NCBI GenBank assembly: GCA_964654145.1
Contig: CAZZHI010000001.1
Span: forward strand, 9,956 to 73,955
Reading direction: 5' to 3'
Source of the DNA: an uncultured Candidatus Saccharibacteria bacterium
GTDB lineage: Bacteria > Patescibacteriota > Andersenbacteria > UBA10190
Length of the DNA: 64,000 nucleotides
The notes beneath the pieces were generated by a model. It was not told where the DNA came from. It searched no databases and saw only the letters and a list, made by a program, of their open reading frames with translations. The position numbers were made by a program, and so were the translations under genes. Position 1 is the stretch's first letter. Each line of letters starts with the position of its first letter. This document shows, one piece after another, positions 38,022 to 48,659 of the stretch.

Positions 38022-39710
38022 GTGTATATGGTGTTTGATCCTGTCTTATCGGAGGCTGAGCGAAATAAAGAGCTCGGTGCTCGGTTGTCTACATTCTCTC
38101 AAGGACAAGAAGAGCGTCTTGCTGAGCGTCGTGCAGAAGAGCTTGGTCTTCCGTATATAAATTTAGTTGTGTTTCCTATTGATTCTGACGTACTGGAAAG
38201 GGTTCCAAAAACAGATGCTCTTCGTGCACAAGCGGTTTTGTTTTACAAGCAGGGTGGAGATATTCGCCTTGCGGCGGTCGACCCTTCATCTAAGGAGGTG
38301 CAGGAGCTCGCAAAGCAAATTGAGACAAAGATAGGGTATGCGCCGCATTTATATGTAGTATCTTCTCGGAGCGTTGCGGCTGCAATTGCTCGATACAGGA
38401 GAGACTCAACGATAAATAATGCTCCTCAGGATGAATTGAGGATTAATCAAAAAGAGGCGGATGCATTTTCTACGGAACTTAAAAATCTAGAAGAGCTCGG
38501 GCTTCGTATTACTACGATGCCGCCGACTGAAATTTTAAGCGCTATCGTAATTAGTGCTGTTCGTCTCCGTGCTTCCGACATTCACGTTGAGCCAAAAGAA
38601 AAGCAGGCGCGTTTGCGTTTTCGTATTGATGGTGTCTTGCAGGATGTTGCTACGTTTGATCGAGAGGGTTGGTCCCTTCTTCTTTCTCGAGTTAAGGTTA
38701 TGGCGAAATTAAAGCTCAATGTTCGAGACGTGCCTCAGGACGGTAGTTTTGTATTACGAATAGGCGAAGAAACGTTCGATATGCGTCTTTCTACGTTGCC
38801 AGGGGGAACGGGGGAGAATATCGTTATTCGTTTGCTTGATAGAAGGGCTGAAGCGGTAGAACTGCCTGCTCTTGGTATGAAGACTCGGGATTTAGAGATT
38901 GTTCATCGCGAGCTAAAGCGCGTAAACGGAATGATATTAATAACAGGTCCTACCGGATCAGGAAAAACCACTACACTAGCCTCTTTTTTGCGAGAAGTAA
39001 ATAATTCTGATTTAAAAATTATTACCTTAGAGGATCCTATTGAGTATCGAATTACGGGAGTTGAGCAGACCCAAGTAGATGCTGATGCAGGGTACTCCTT
39101 TGCGTTGGGGTTGCGCTCTATTTTGCGCCAAGACCCAGACATGATTATGGTGGGTGAAATGCGTGATGTGGAAACCGCAGAGACTGCAGTACACGCTGCG
39201 CTAACTGGGCATTTAGTATTTTCAACACTTCATACAAACGATGCCGCGGGCGCAATTCCTCGACTTATTGATATGGGGATACGCCCCTACGTTCTTGCCC
39301 CGGCGCTGAATCTTGTGATTGCCCAGCGTCTTGTTCGAGTGGTTTGCAGCTCTTGTGCTCAGGAGTATAAGCCAGACGCTTCTCAAATAGCTCGAGCAAA
39401 AGAAGTAATGAAAGGTGTTCGAGAGGATATATTTAATCCAAGTGTTCTTGATGATACTTCTCTTATGTTTATGAGAGCTGTGGGTTGCGCCGCGTGCGGC
39501 AACACGGGGTATCATGGGCGCTTGGGCGCATTTGAGATATTCGCAGTTCAGGGAGAGATGAAAGATAAAATATTACAAGGCGCAAGTAGTGCGGATATTC
39601 AGGTTCTTGCGCAAAAAGACGGAATGACAACCATTGCCCAGGATGCGTATTTAAAAGTTATAGACAAAAAAACAACAATAGAAGAAGTGGAGCGAGTTTC
39701 TCAGGAATAA
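38022..39710 (+). CDS. pilB: Type IV pilus assembly ATPase PilB/GspE
   Basis: ASDIHVEP, RFRIDG, PQDG, GPTGSGKTTTL, EDPIEY, LRQDPD, TGHLVFSTLHTN, CxxC...CxxC. Confidence 0.93.
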   Translation: MYMVFDPVLSEAERNKELGARLSTFSQGQEERLAERRAEELGLPYINLVVFPIDSDVLERVPKTDALRAQAVLFYKQGGDIRLAAVDPSSKEVQELAKQIETKIGYAPHLYVVSSRSVAAAIARYRRDSTINNAPQDELRINQKEADAFSTELKNLEELGLRITTMPPTEILSAIVISAVRLRASDIHVEPKEKQARLRFRIDGVLQDVATFDREGWSLLLSRVKVMAKLKLNVRDVPQDGSFVLRIGEETFDMRLSTLPGGTGENIVIRLLDRRAEAVELPALGMKTRDLEIVHRELKRVNGMILITGPTGSGKTTTLASFLREVNNSDLKIITLEDPIEYRITGVEQTQVDADAGYSFALGLRSILRQDPDMIMVGEMRDVETAETAVHAALTGHLVFSTLHTNDAAGAIPRLIDMGIRPYVLAPALNLVIAQRLVRVVCSSCAQEYKPDASQIARAKEVMKGVREDIFNPSVLDDTSLMFMRAVGCAACGNTGYHGRLGAFEIFAVQGEMKDKILQGASSADIQVLAQKDGMTTIAQDAYLKVIDKKTTIEEVERVSQE

Positions 39711-39713
39711 TAC

Positions 39714-40865
39714 CTATTGAGTTCTGATTGGAAGAATGCTTTGTATTTTTGCGATTGTGCGCTTTTCTGCTTCATCGAGTGATGGGGCTGATATTGGGAA
39801 TGTGAGAAGGTTGCCTTCTTTTTGCGCAGCAAGTGTTTCCTGAATTTCCTTTGCGCGCTTTGTGAGGCCTTTTCCTAAAATCATGTACGCAGTATATTGC
39901 TTTGCCTCGTCTTCATAGAGGATGCACGCAGCATTATACCCGGAAATATTATTTGTTAATTCTTGGATAACGAGTGGAAGGTGGCGTGTAGTTGCTCCGC
40001 TTTCAGCAAGATCGAGTGTTCGTAATATGCTCCAAAAAATTTGACCATGTTCGTCGTGCCGAAGACGAGCATACGTTCTCCCTGCTAGTTTTAATAGAAA
40101 TAAAGGCTTTGTTTTTACTAATTGCTGAATGACGGTTTCCGTATTTGCGCGGTATTCCATGAGTTCTGCTGCTATTTGGAATGCGTGAGGAGTTGTTGAT
40201 GGCCTCTGAAACGACTCCGTTGCCCCTACAATGCCCGCATAGAGCGCGGTAGCTACATCCGCATCTATACTATCTGGGCCAAGCGCAGATATGATTTCAT
40301 GGGTTATTTCTGCAATAGATGATGCGGTAATGTCTACGATATTTACGGTCCCAAAATGCTCATTCGTGGGGCGGTGATCAATGTTTATAATAGGGGTATT
40401 ATAGAAAAAATCGGCATGGCTTGTGAAAAGTTTTCCGATATCCGCTAAATCAGATGCGCCAAATATCACAATGGCGTCGTATGGGAGCTGTTGAATATGG
40501 GCTTCTATAGAATCCGCGCCTATTTCTATGCCCTCTGGTAAAGAAAACTGAATTCGGATACCACCCTTGAGTTCTTGCTGTTGAATGTCTTGTATTGAGG
40601 AGACCCCAGCTAGGTCGATAATTACTTGAGGTTTAAACGTTGGCTGCATGGATACTTGTGACGATCCAGGGAGGAATTGCAGCTCTTGCGGGACATGGGA
40701 GGGACTAACGGAATGGATAGCTTTATGTTGCAGTTTTCCGAGTGCGAGGTTGAGAGCGATCATGGACGAAAAGGCATCAGTAGAAGTTTTTTCGGGTACG
40801 AGCAGGAGAATACTGGTTGCTTTGCTTAGAATAGATAGCGCTTGTTGTGTTTCTGGGAGGCTCAT
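39714..40865 (-). CDS. DHH-family phosphoesterase-like protein with degenerate motifs
   Basis: STDAFSS, IINIDHRPTN, ALYAGIVGATESF. Confidence 0.75.
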   Translation of the reverse strand: MSLPETQQALSILSKATSILLLVPEKTSTDAFSSMIALNLALGKLQHKAIHSVSPSHVPQELQFLPGSSQVSMQPTFKPQVIIDLAGVSSIQDIQQQELKGGIRIQFSLPEGIEIGADSIEAHIQQLPYDAIVIFGASDLADIGKLFTSHADFFYNTPIINIDHRPTNEHFGTVNIVDITASSIAEITHEIISALGPDSIDADVATALYAGIVGATESFQRPSTTPHAFQIAAELMEYRANTETVIQQLVKTKPLFLLKLAGRTYARLRHDEHGQIFWSILRTLDLAESGATTRHLPLVIQELTNNISGYNAACILYEDEAKQYTAYMILGKGLTKRAKEIQETLAAQKEGNLLTFPISAPSLDEAEKRTIAKIQSILPIRTQ

Positions 40866-40987
40866 GAAAGATAAAAGATGGATATGTAATAAATCTTTTC
40901 ATCCTATATCGTTTATCGAATAAAAGAAACAGCTAGAATGTGGAAATGTATTTATAATTACGAAAAACTTGTTGTAGGATTGGCAGT

Positions 40988-41476
40988 ATGGAAGAAATTT
41001 CCCTGAACGGAACTCACGCAATAGCAAATTTGGCTCAGCTAGGCATTCTTGCTACCCGGCTATCTGAAGAGCTTTTACCAGGAGATGTTGTATTACTGTC
41101 CGGAGAGCTTGGAGCAGGAAAGACAACGTTTACTCAGTATCTTGGCAAAGCTCTTGGAATTACAGATCCTATCACTTCGCCTACATATACTTTAGTAGGA
41201 GAGTATGTAGTTACCGGTAGGGAGGGTATTAACCGGCTTATTCATATTGATCTGTATCGTACTGGCGGGGCTACTGTAAAGGGGCAATCAGCATTGAATA
41301 CTGATTATGTTCAAGATATTTTTACAACCGCAAAAGAGGGGCAGGCTGTTGTAATAGTTGAGTGGCCAGAATTTTTAGGGCTCAAGATTTCTAACCGGGT
41401 TTGGGATGTGAAAATAAAGAGCGGCAAAGAAGCTGAAAGTAGGATTATTACCGTCTTTATGCATACGACGGCATAG
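40988..41476 (+). CDS. tsaE: tRNA t6A biosynthesis ATPase TsaE
   Basis: GELGAGKTTF, SPTYTL, HIDLYR, VEWPE. Confidence 0.95.
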   Translation: MEEISLNGTHAIANLAQLGILATRLSEELLPGDVVLLSGELGAGKTTFTQYLGKALGITDPITSPTYTLVGEYVVTGREGINRLIHIDLYRTGGATVKGQSALNTDYVQDIFTTAKEGQAVVIVEWPEFLGLKISNRVWDVKIKSGKEAESRIITVFMHTTA

Positions 41477-41490
41477 TCTACACTTACCAC

Positions 41491-44202
41491 ATGGCAAAAC
41501 GGCAGAAACTGGCAATTATAGATGCTCATGCGCTCATTCATCGGGCGTATCATGCATTGCCACCGATGACTACGACAGACGGTACTCCAACAAACGCAGT
41601 ATATGGCTTTACTACGATGTTGCTTAAAATGATGGCAACCTTAAAGCCAACCCATGTCATAGCCGCGTTCGACATGAAAGGGCCTACATTTCGACATGAA
41701 AAGTACGAAGATTATAAGGCTCATAGGAAAGCGCTCGATGACGACCTTATTGTTCAGTTTGATATTGTCCGTAAGGTAGCCCAGGCTTTTTCTATTCCCG
41801 TTTTAGAGAAAAGCGGATATGAGGCAGACGATATCATTGGCACTGTAGTGAAGCGCTTAAAAAAAGAAATTCCTATTGTGATTATTACTGGTGATATGGA
41901 CACATTACAGTTAGTTGAGGAGAATGTTTCCGTGTTTGCTCCCAAGCGCGGCATGGCCGATACGATACTGTATACCCCGGAGATTGTGCAGGAAGTATAT
42001 GGGTTTGCTCCAACTCTTATTCCTGATTACAAGGGTTTAGCTGGTGATTCTTCTGATAATATTAAGGGCGTTGCAGGCATTGGTACAAAAACAGCGAAAG
42101 AGTTGGTAGGGGCTTATGGCGCACTGGAAAATATTTTTAAACATGTGGACGATTTGCCTACGCGTGCAAAAACGAGACTCACGGGGCATGAGGATGATGC
42201 ACTCTTTAGTCGCGAGTTAGCAACGATTCACCAGGACGCTCCTATAGAAGTTTCGCTAGAAGATGCAGTATTTGATAATTATAATGAACGTAATGTTCGT
42301 GAAATATTTCGTGCTCTTGGATTTCGCACACTCCTTTCAAGAATTCCGGGATCCGATTCAGGAACTAGATCAACAATTCAGGATATAGATAAGGCGGATA
42401 TTCAGCTTCCGGAAGGGTATACTCTTGTTCAAACAACGGATGAGCAGAAAGATTTACGAGTAATATTAAAAGACGCTCGTGTTGTAGCTTTTGATACAGA
42501 GACAGATGGGTTGGGTCCACGAACGAGCCCAATTATAGGAATGAGCTTTGCTATGTATGACGAACAGGAAAAAGTGCGAGCTTGGTATGTGCCTATTGAT
42601 GCAGGAGGTTTAGTTGCTTGGAAGGATTTTTTTGAAGATGAGAGTATCTCAAAAACAGGGCACAACATAAAATATGATATGGAGGTTTTACTTCAATCGG
42701 GTATTACTCTAAGGGGTGTTGTATTTGATAGTATGATTGCAAGTTATCTCTTGCGCCCAGGGAGTCGCGCTCATGGTATGGATGATTTGGCACAGGAAAA
42801 ACTAGACTACACGCCAATTCCTATTACGGATTTAATCGGTTCTGGAAAAAACCAAAAAAGTATGAAGGATGTGCCTCTTGTAGAAATTGCCCGCTATGCC
42901 GCCGAGGATGCGGATGTGTCTCTTCGTCTCTACACAGTATTTTTAAAAGAGCTTCGTGACGAGAAGCTCCAAGATGTTTTGCTGGATATCGAAATTCCGT
43001 TAATAGAGGTCTTGGCTCATATTGAAAATACGGGAGTTGCAATCGATTTGCGCGTGCTCACTACTTTGCGGAAGAAGGTTGTTCAACGGATATCCGCCAT
43101 TGAACAGGAGATATGGTCAATGGCGGGAGAGAATTTTAATGTTAATTCACCCAAGCAGCTACAGGTGATTTTATTCGATCGTCTCAAGTTACCTACTGTT
43201 GGAATTAAAAAAACTCAAACGGGGTATTCTACTGCTGCCGGCGAGCTTGAGAAATTAGCTGGGACTCACGCAATTATCGCACTTCTTTCTGAATATAGGG
43301 AGATCTCTAAGCTTAAAAGTACGTATTTGGATCTTTTACCTCCTCTAATTAATAAGGATACTGGTAGGATTTATGCATCGTTTAATCAAACCGTTGCTGC
43401 AACGGGTCGCCTTTCTTCCTCTGATCCTAATTTGCAAAATATCCCAGTTCGAACTGAAATGGGCCAAGAGATTCGCAGTGCATTTATTGCAAAAAATGGG
43501 TCAGTATTTGTGAAAGCGGACTATTCTCAACTTGAGCTTCGTATTGCAGCTCATATGGCGCAAGATGCAAAAATGCTCTCAGCATTTAAAGCCGGGCAGG
43601 ATATTCATCGAGCAACCGCTGCTTCGGTATTTGGCATTTCTCCGGAAGAGGTAACTGATGATATGCGCCGCCAAGCGAAGACACTCAATTTTGGAGTGCT
43701 GTACGGGATGGGTTCCCAGAGTTTTGCTCGGGCGGCAAGTGTGAGTGTGGAAGAGGCACGATCTTTTATTGATCGATATAAAAAGGAATATAGCGGTATT
43801 GAGGCATTTGTTGAAAAAACTATCTCCTTTGCCCAAGAGCACGGATATGTAGAAACGATGTTTGGGCGCAAAAGGTATATGCCAGAACTTAATTCCAATA
43901 ATCCAGCTATTCGTGCTGCTGCTGAGCGTATGGCGTTTAATTTCCCTATTCAGGGGACGGAAGCAGACATTATTAAAAAGGCCATGATTCAGCTATATGC
44001 GCTTATTCGAGATACATACAAGGATAGCGCTATTGTTTTAACGGTTCATGATGAGTTGGTGTGCGAAGTCCCTCTTCACCAAGCTCATGATTTTGCCCTT
44101 GCAATGAAGGGTGTTATGGAGGGTATTGTGGTGCTTGATTCAATCTTGATGGTTGATGTCGGGACTGGGGCTAATTGGAACACTATTTCCGCGCTATCTT
44201 AA
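41491..44202 (+). CDS. polA: DNA polymerase I
   Basis: 5'-3' exo (RAYHALP, EADD, GDSSDNI), 3'-5' exo (FDTET), polymerase (DYSQLELR, KTLNFGVLYG, VHDE). Confidence 0.98.
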   Translation: MAKRQKLAIIDAHALIHRAYHALPPMTTTDGTPTNAVYGFTTMLLKMMATLKPTHVIAAFDMKGPTFRHEKYEDYKAHRKALDDDLIVQFDIVRKVAQAFSIPVLEKSGYEADDIIGTVVKRLKKEIPIVIITGDMDTLQLVEENVSVFAPKRGMADTILYTPEIVQEVYGFAPTLIPDYKGLAGDSSDNIKGVAGIGTKTAKELVGAYGALENIFKHVDDLPTRAKTRLTGHEDDALFSRELATIHQDAPIEVSLEDAVFDNYNERNVREIFRALGFRTLLSRIPGSDSGTRSTIQDIDKADIQLPEGYTLVQTTDEQKDLRVILKDARVVAFDTETDGLGPRTSPIIGMSFAMYDEQEKVRAWYVPIDAGGLVAWKDFFEDESISKTGHNIKYDMEVLLQSGITLRGVVFDSMIASYLLRPGSRAHGMDDLAQEKLDYTPIPITDLIGSGKNQKSMKDVPLVEIARYAAEDADVSLRLYTVFLKELRDEKLQDVLLDIEIPLIEVLAHIENTGVAIDLRVLTTLRKKVVQRISAIEQEIWSMAGENFNVNSPKQLQVILFDRLKLPTVGIKKTQTGYSTAAGELEKLAGTHAIIALLSEYREISKLKSTYLDLLPPLINKDTGRIYASFNQTVAATGRLSSSDPNLQNIPVRTEMGQEIRSAFIAKNGSVFVKADYSQLELRIAAHMAQDAKMLSAFKAGQDIHRATAASVFGISPEEVTDDMRRQAKTLNFGVLYGMGSQSFARAASVSVEEARSFIDRYKKEYSGIEAFVEKTISFAQEHGYVETMFGRKRYMPELNSNNPAIRAAAERMAFNFPIQGTEADIIKKAMIQLYALIRDTYKDSAIVLTVHDELVCEVPLHQAHDFALAMKGVMEGIVVLDSILMVDVGTGANWNTISALS

Positions 44203-44252
44203 ATGCAGTATACTAGAGAAATTATTTTAAACCTTAAGACGATTTAATTATC

Positions 44253-45455
44253 ATGCCTGAAGAATCTCCTCAATTACCGCCAAACGTCCCCCAAGGGGCT
44301 GCGAACACGCTATCACATACTCCGAAGCGAGGGAGTTCTAAAAAAATGATGTTTATTGTAGGCGGGGTAATTTTGCTCGGCGTTCTTATTGCTGCTTTTG
44401 GTGTGTATGCTGCAATGAAGTCGAAAAGTACCACAGGGACATATTTTGGACAGCTTCCTTTTTTGGGAGATAAATACGGACAGCTTCCTCTTGGCGGGGT
44501 TCGTGAAGGAGAATCTATAAACGTCCCAGATAAAGATGATTCTAAGGTTAATCGTGAGACGAGCGGACTTTCTGGGGTGTCTTGTGAAAATCCTAATAGG
44601 CGTGCTATTGGGGTGATGATGGCAGGGGACCCAATTAATCGTCCGATGTCTGGGTTCTCTAAAGCTGATATGGTTTTTGAATTACCGGTTCTTGTAAGTG
44701 GTGTAACAAGGCTTACGGGCGTGTATCAGTGTGGGGAGCCAAAAGATATCGGCTCTGTCCGCTCTGTTCGTCATGATTATTTATTCCTTCTTGAGGGTGT
44801 TGATGGAATTATGGCTCACTGGGGAGGAAGCTATCATGCGCTTAATCGAATTGCTGCTGGTGAATTCCAAACATTAAACGCTTTAACGAATCCTCATAAC
44901 GCATTCTTTAGAAAGAATAATCTTCCTGCGCCATATAATGGATTTACTACCTATGAGCGACTATGGAATGCGCTTGAAAAGTTAGGATACCGCACGACAA
45001 CTAACTTTAAGGGGTATGAATTTAAGGATGATATTGCAGCTGACCAGCGCCCTGCCGGCGGTACTCTTTCTATCGGATGGCCAGGAGCTTTTCGGGTAAG
45101 CTACGAATACAACAAAGAAACAAATCGATATGATCGATATTGGGCAGGTGTGAAGCAAGTTGATGCAGAGGATAACGCACAAGTTGCTCCAAGCTCAGTT
45201 GTTGTTATGAGGGCTACGAATACCTATGCCGATGGACCGGGCGGCTATAATGATGTTGCTATTGAGGGTAAAGGGGAAGCAACTGTGTATCAGGATGGAA
45301 AAGCTATTGTTGGCACGTGGACAAAAAATGAACTCGAAAAGAAAGATCCGCTTCGTTTCTTTAATGAAAAAGGAGACCCGATTATCTTTACTAGGGGGCA
45401 AGTGTGGATTACCGCAGTTGAGCCTACTGTCACGGTTACTTGGGAGCAAAAATGA
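44253..45455 (+). CDS. DUF3048-family membrane-anchored protein
   Basis: RPMSGFSKADMVFE...GVTRL, IGSVRSVR, APYN, GQVWI. Confidence 0.8.
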   Translation: MPEESPQLPPNVPQGAANTLSHTPKRGSSKKMMFIVGGVILLGVLIAAFGVYAAMKSKSTTGTYFGQLPFLGDKYGQLPLGGVREGESINVPDKDDSKVNRETSGLSGVSCENPNRRAIGVMMAGDPINRPMSGFSKADMVFELPVLVSGVTRLTGVYQCGEPKDIGSVRSVRHDYLFLLEGVDGIMAHWGGSYHALNRIAAGEFQTLNALTNPHNAFFRKNNLPAPYNGFTTYERLWNALEKLGYRTTTNFKGYEFKDDIAADQRPAGGTLSIGWPGAFRVSYEYNKETNRYDRYWAGVKQVDAEDNAQVAPSSVVVMRATNTYADGPGGYNDVAIEGKGEATVYQDGKAIVGTWTKNELEKKDPLRFFNEKGDPIIFTRGQVWITAVEPTVTVTWEQK

Positions 45456-46381
45456 TTGAATATATCTTTGGTGACGACACTCTGACGGGAAGGGGCGTCA
45501 TTAAGGAGAAGGCTCGAGCACTTCGTGCAAATATACGATGGGTTGAAAAAGAAGATATTGAACGTGGCTCAGTTGAGTCGATTTTAGACTCCGCGCAAGG
45601 GTCCCTTCTTGGCGCAATTATTGTAGTGTTTCGTGATCCTTCGACTTATTCGGAGGATGTTCAAGAAATTATTCTGAAAAAAATAGAGCAGTCTGCTCCT
45701 GGGAATGTTGTGTTATGGGACCCTTTGGTTGATAGAAGGTTGGGATTTTATAAAAAAATAAAAAAACTTACATCAATTTCTGAATATAACCAACCCAAAA
45801 AAGACGACGATATGGTCCGCTGGACATCTTTATATATAAAGGAATACCGAAAAGATCTTCGTATGGATATTCAGGCAATTCGTGAGCTTGTTCGCCGTGT
45901 TGGGTGTGATGTTTGGGGAGTTGCGAGTGAATTGGATAAATTGTCCGCGATTTCTCAATCTATTGAGATTGCTGACGTCGTTCGTATAGTGCCTCAGCGC
46001 GAGCATGGGTATGAAAGCGCATTTCCTTTGCTCGAAGCGATCGCTCAAAAGCGTTCTCAGCGTGCGATTGCTATACTGGCCGATATGCAGAAGGAGGGTG
46101 CAACAGAGCGATTTATTCTTGCAATGCTAACATATCAATTTAGATTATTTTTGGCAGTGCGTATGGGGAAAGATTCTCGCTTTAGTGTTGATGATATTCA
46201 TAAAAAAACGGGGCTTCATCCTGTTGCAATTCAAAAAGCTATGGCCATTGCCTCAACATTATCAACCGCGGTAATTTTGGACATATTGGCAAGAGTTGCA
46301 GCTGCTGAAAAGTCTCTTATTACAACAACAATGGACGGAAGGTCCATTGTTACAATGCTTATTCTTGGGTTGTGTCGTTAA
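45452..46381 (+). CDS. holA: DNA polymerase III delta subunit
   Basis: YIFGDD, ELDKL, F.LLEAI, LHP; convergent with rpsT. Confidence 0.8.
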   Translation: MIEYIFGDDTLTGRGVIKEKARALRANIRWVEKEDIERGSVESILDSAQGSLLGAIIVVFRDPSTYSEDVQEIILKKIEQSAPGNVVLWDPLVDRRLGFYKKIKKLTSISEYNQPKKDDDMVRWTSLYIKEYRKDLRMDIQAIRELVRRVGCDVWGVASELDKLSAISQSIEIADVVRIVPQREHGYESAFPLLEAIAQKRSQRAIAILADMQKEGATERFILAMLTYQFRLFLAVRMGKDSRFSVDDIHKKTGLHPVAIQKAMAIASTLSTAVILDILARVAAAEKSLITTTMDGRSIVTMLILGLCR

Positions 46382-46647
46382 GCTGAAATTGCTGCGGCAA
46401 CAGATTTTCGAAGGCGAGATTTTTTTCGAGCAGCTTTATTTGGGTGAATAATATTACGTTTTGCTGCTCGGTCTATAATACTTTCTGTTTTTGAAAGCTC
46501 TTGTTTTGCTAGGTCGTTATTCTTTGCTGTTAAAGCTTCACGAATAGTTTTTGTTGCAGCTTTCATTTTTCGGCGCCATATGTCATTTACCGCACGTCGG
46601 CGTGCGTTTGTTCGGAGGGCTTTCTTTCCTGCGGATAGTTGTGGCAT
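46378..46647 (-). CDS. rpsT: 30S ribosomal protein S20
   Basis: MPQLSAGKKALR...IDRAAKRNIIHPNKAARKKSRL. Confidence 0.95.
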   Translation of the reverse strand: MPQLSAGKKALRTNARRRAVNDIWRRKMKAATKTIREALTAKNNDLAKQELSKTESIIDRAAKRNIIHPNKAARKKSRLRKSVAAAISA

Positions 46648-46654
46648 AAAAACA

Positions 46655-46683
46655 AGTATCGCAAAGAGGGGGAATAATGTCAA
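46655..46683 (-). promoter_or_regulatory. rpsT sigma70 promoter, apparently leaderless
   Basis: TTGACA-17 nt (ending TGC)-GATACT-7 nt-ATG. Confidence 0.7.
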
Positions 46684-46736
46684 CTAGAAGGTCTTAGTTT
46701 GACGTTTTGAGTCCTTAGGGGAAAAGGGAGGGAGGC

Positions 46737-47645
46737 TTACAGGAATATTTTTTTTGGCTTTATTGCAAGGGCGTTTGTTTCTCGGATCCCAATACCAAAT
46801 AAGTCTTTGCTCTCGTTGAGCAGAGCTATTGGGGTATTTTTAGGCATATTACTAGGGCTTACCCCTTCTTTCCCCTGTTTATATTTTGCGACATTGTCTT
46901 CGGGGCAAACAAGTTGAGGTATATGATTTGTGAGCTCTGCCATTGAAATGAGCACATTTTCTAGCCTGCTAGGAAGGTCTTTTACTAAAAATCCATTTGT
47001 ATCCGAAAATGCTCCTATTGCTGTTCTTGAAAGCTTGGAGCAGTATCCTCCAGTTTTTAGGAGTGTGCCAATATCGCGCGCAATAGACCGAATATATGTT
47101 CCTGTGCTGCACTTCACTGAAATATCTAGAATTGGATAGTTGTATGCGTGAAGAATGATCTCATGAATTATAACGGGGCGCGGCTCCCTCTCTACTACCT
47201 TTCCCTCCCGGGCATACTCATACATTTTTTTACCCTTAATCTTGATTGCTGCGTAGTGTGGTGGAATTTGCTCTGTTTGCTGTTTGATAAAGTTAAGTGC
47301 GGCTTCCACGTCTTTTTGTGTAGGTTGTTGGGGGGCGTTGGTTTTAGTGAGAGTGCCAGTACTGTCGTCTGTATCACTGGTTGCTCCTAGCGTTATTTCT
47401 GCTCGGTATGTTTTAGGGAGTAGGTGGAGTTCGTCTTGTAGTCGCGTCGCGTGCCCTAAAAGGATAATAAGTAGGCCTGTTGCAAAGGGGTCGAGGGTTC
47501 CGCTATGCCCCACCTTTGGCCGTTGGTCTGGGGTGGATACGGTAGCTATGTGGCGTCGGACAGCGTTTACTGCATCATGGGACGTAGCGCCCGCTTCTTT
47601 GTATACGAGCAGCCCGCCATGAGCTATGACTGTATTTTTCTCCAT
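46737..47645 (-). CDS. truB: tRNA pseudouridine(55) synthase
   Basis: KVGHSGTLDPFATGLL, PPHYAAIK, GTYIRSIARD. Confidence 0.96.
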   Translation of the reverse strand: MEKNTVIAHGGLLVYKEAGATSHDAVNAVRRHIATVSTPDQRPKVGHSGTLDPFATGLLIILLGHATRLQDELHLLPKTYRAEITLGATSDTDDSTGTLTKTNAPQQPTQKDVEAALNFIKQQTEQIPPHYAAIKIKGKKMYEYAREGKVVEREPRPVIIHEIILHAYNYPILDISVKCSTGTYIRSIARDIGTLLKTGGYCSKLSRTAIGAFSDTNGFLVKDLPSRLENVLISMAELTNHIPQLVCPEDNVAKYKQGKEGVSPSNMPKNTPIALLNESKDLFGIGIRETNALAIKPKKIFL

Positions 47646-47699
47646 AGATTGGTTACGATACAGGAATTGAGATTATTCAACAATTATTTCTTTTTGTAT

Positions 47700-48659
47700 A
47701 TGTCTAAAACAGCGCTTATAACAGGTATTACGGGGCAAGATGGTTCATACTTAACGGAGCTTCTTTTGGAGAAGGGGTATGATGTGTATGGTCTTGTGCA
47801 GAGGAGCGCAAATTATCAATTTGAGAATATTGAGCACCTGCTTCCTGATATTACTATTATTACGGGTGACTTGGCTGATTCTTCCTCTCTTATGCGAGCA
47901 GTCCAAGTATCAGGTCCTGATGAAGTGTATAATCTTGCAGCTCAGTCCTTTGTGAAGGCGAGTTGGGATATACCGGAGCTTACGGGAGATATTACGGGAG
48001 TAGGGGTTTCTCGAGTACTTGAGGCTGTACGCCTAGAGGCACCAAAGGCTCGCTTTTATCAAGCTAGTAGTAGTGAAATGTTTGGAAAGGTGCTCGCGGT
48101 TCCCCAAAATGAAGATACTCCGTTCTACCCTCGAAGTCCTTACGGAGTTTCAAAGGTGTACGGGCATTACGCTACTGTGAATTATAGGGAAAGTTTTGGA
48201 CTCTATGCATGTTCTGGCATTTTGTTTAATCACGAATCCCCTCGACGTGGAAGAGAGTTTGTAACTCGCAAGATAGCAATTTCGGTAGCAAGAATTAAAA
48301 AAGGTCTCGATTCTGCACTTAAAATGGGCAACATAGAAGCAAAGCGTGATTGGGGTTTTGCGGGAGATTATGTTCGAGCTATGTGGCTCATGCTCCAGCA
48401 GGATACGCCAGAAGATTTTGTTGTTGGGACCGGAGAAACACATTCTGTTAAGGAGTTTCTCGAACTTGCTTTTAGCCATGTAGGTCTAAACTGGCAGGAC
48501 TATGTAACAGAAGACCCCGAATTTATGAGGCCGGCGGAAGTAGATTTGTTGTTGGCTGACCCTACGCGCGCTCGAGAAAAGCTCGGCTGGACTACGGAGG
48601 TTTCCTTTCCTGAGCTTGTTTCCATGATGGTGGAAGCGGAGTTGAAGGCGCTCGCGTAA
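47700..48659 (+). CDS. gmd: GDP-mannose 4,6-dehydratase
   Basis: ITGITGQDGSYL, YNLAAQS, YQASSSEMFG, PRSPYG, NHESPRRG, RDWG; start moved to ATG 47700. Confidence 0.96.
   Translation: MSKTALITGITGQDGSYLTELLLEKGYDVYGLVQRSANYQFENIEHLLPDITIITGDLADSSSLMRAVQVSGPDEVYNLAAQSFVKASWDIPELTGDITGVGVSRVLEAVRLEAPKARFYQASSSEMFGKVLAVPQNEDTPFYPRSPYGVSKVYGHYATVNYRESFGLYACSGILFNHESPRRGREFVTRKIAISVARIKKGLDSALKMGNIEAKRDWGFAGDYVRAMWLMLQQDTPEDFVVGTGETHSVKEFLELAFSHVGLNWQDYVTEDPEFMRPAEVDLLLADPTRAREKLGWTTEVSFPELVSMMVEAELKALA

Noticed and set aside
40866-40987. Possible structured RNA in the DHH-tsaE gap
   Set aside because: Only a short AT-rich inverted repeat (AAAAGAT/ATCTTTT); adequately explained as divergent promoter DNA
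47505-47699. N-terminal extension of gmd, and similar extensions at 12557, 16563, 46683, 51442, 51516, 58809, 59813 and 60108
   Set aside because: They overlap neighbouring genes and precede the family-typical N-termini; downstream ATGs fit better
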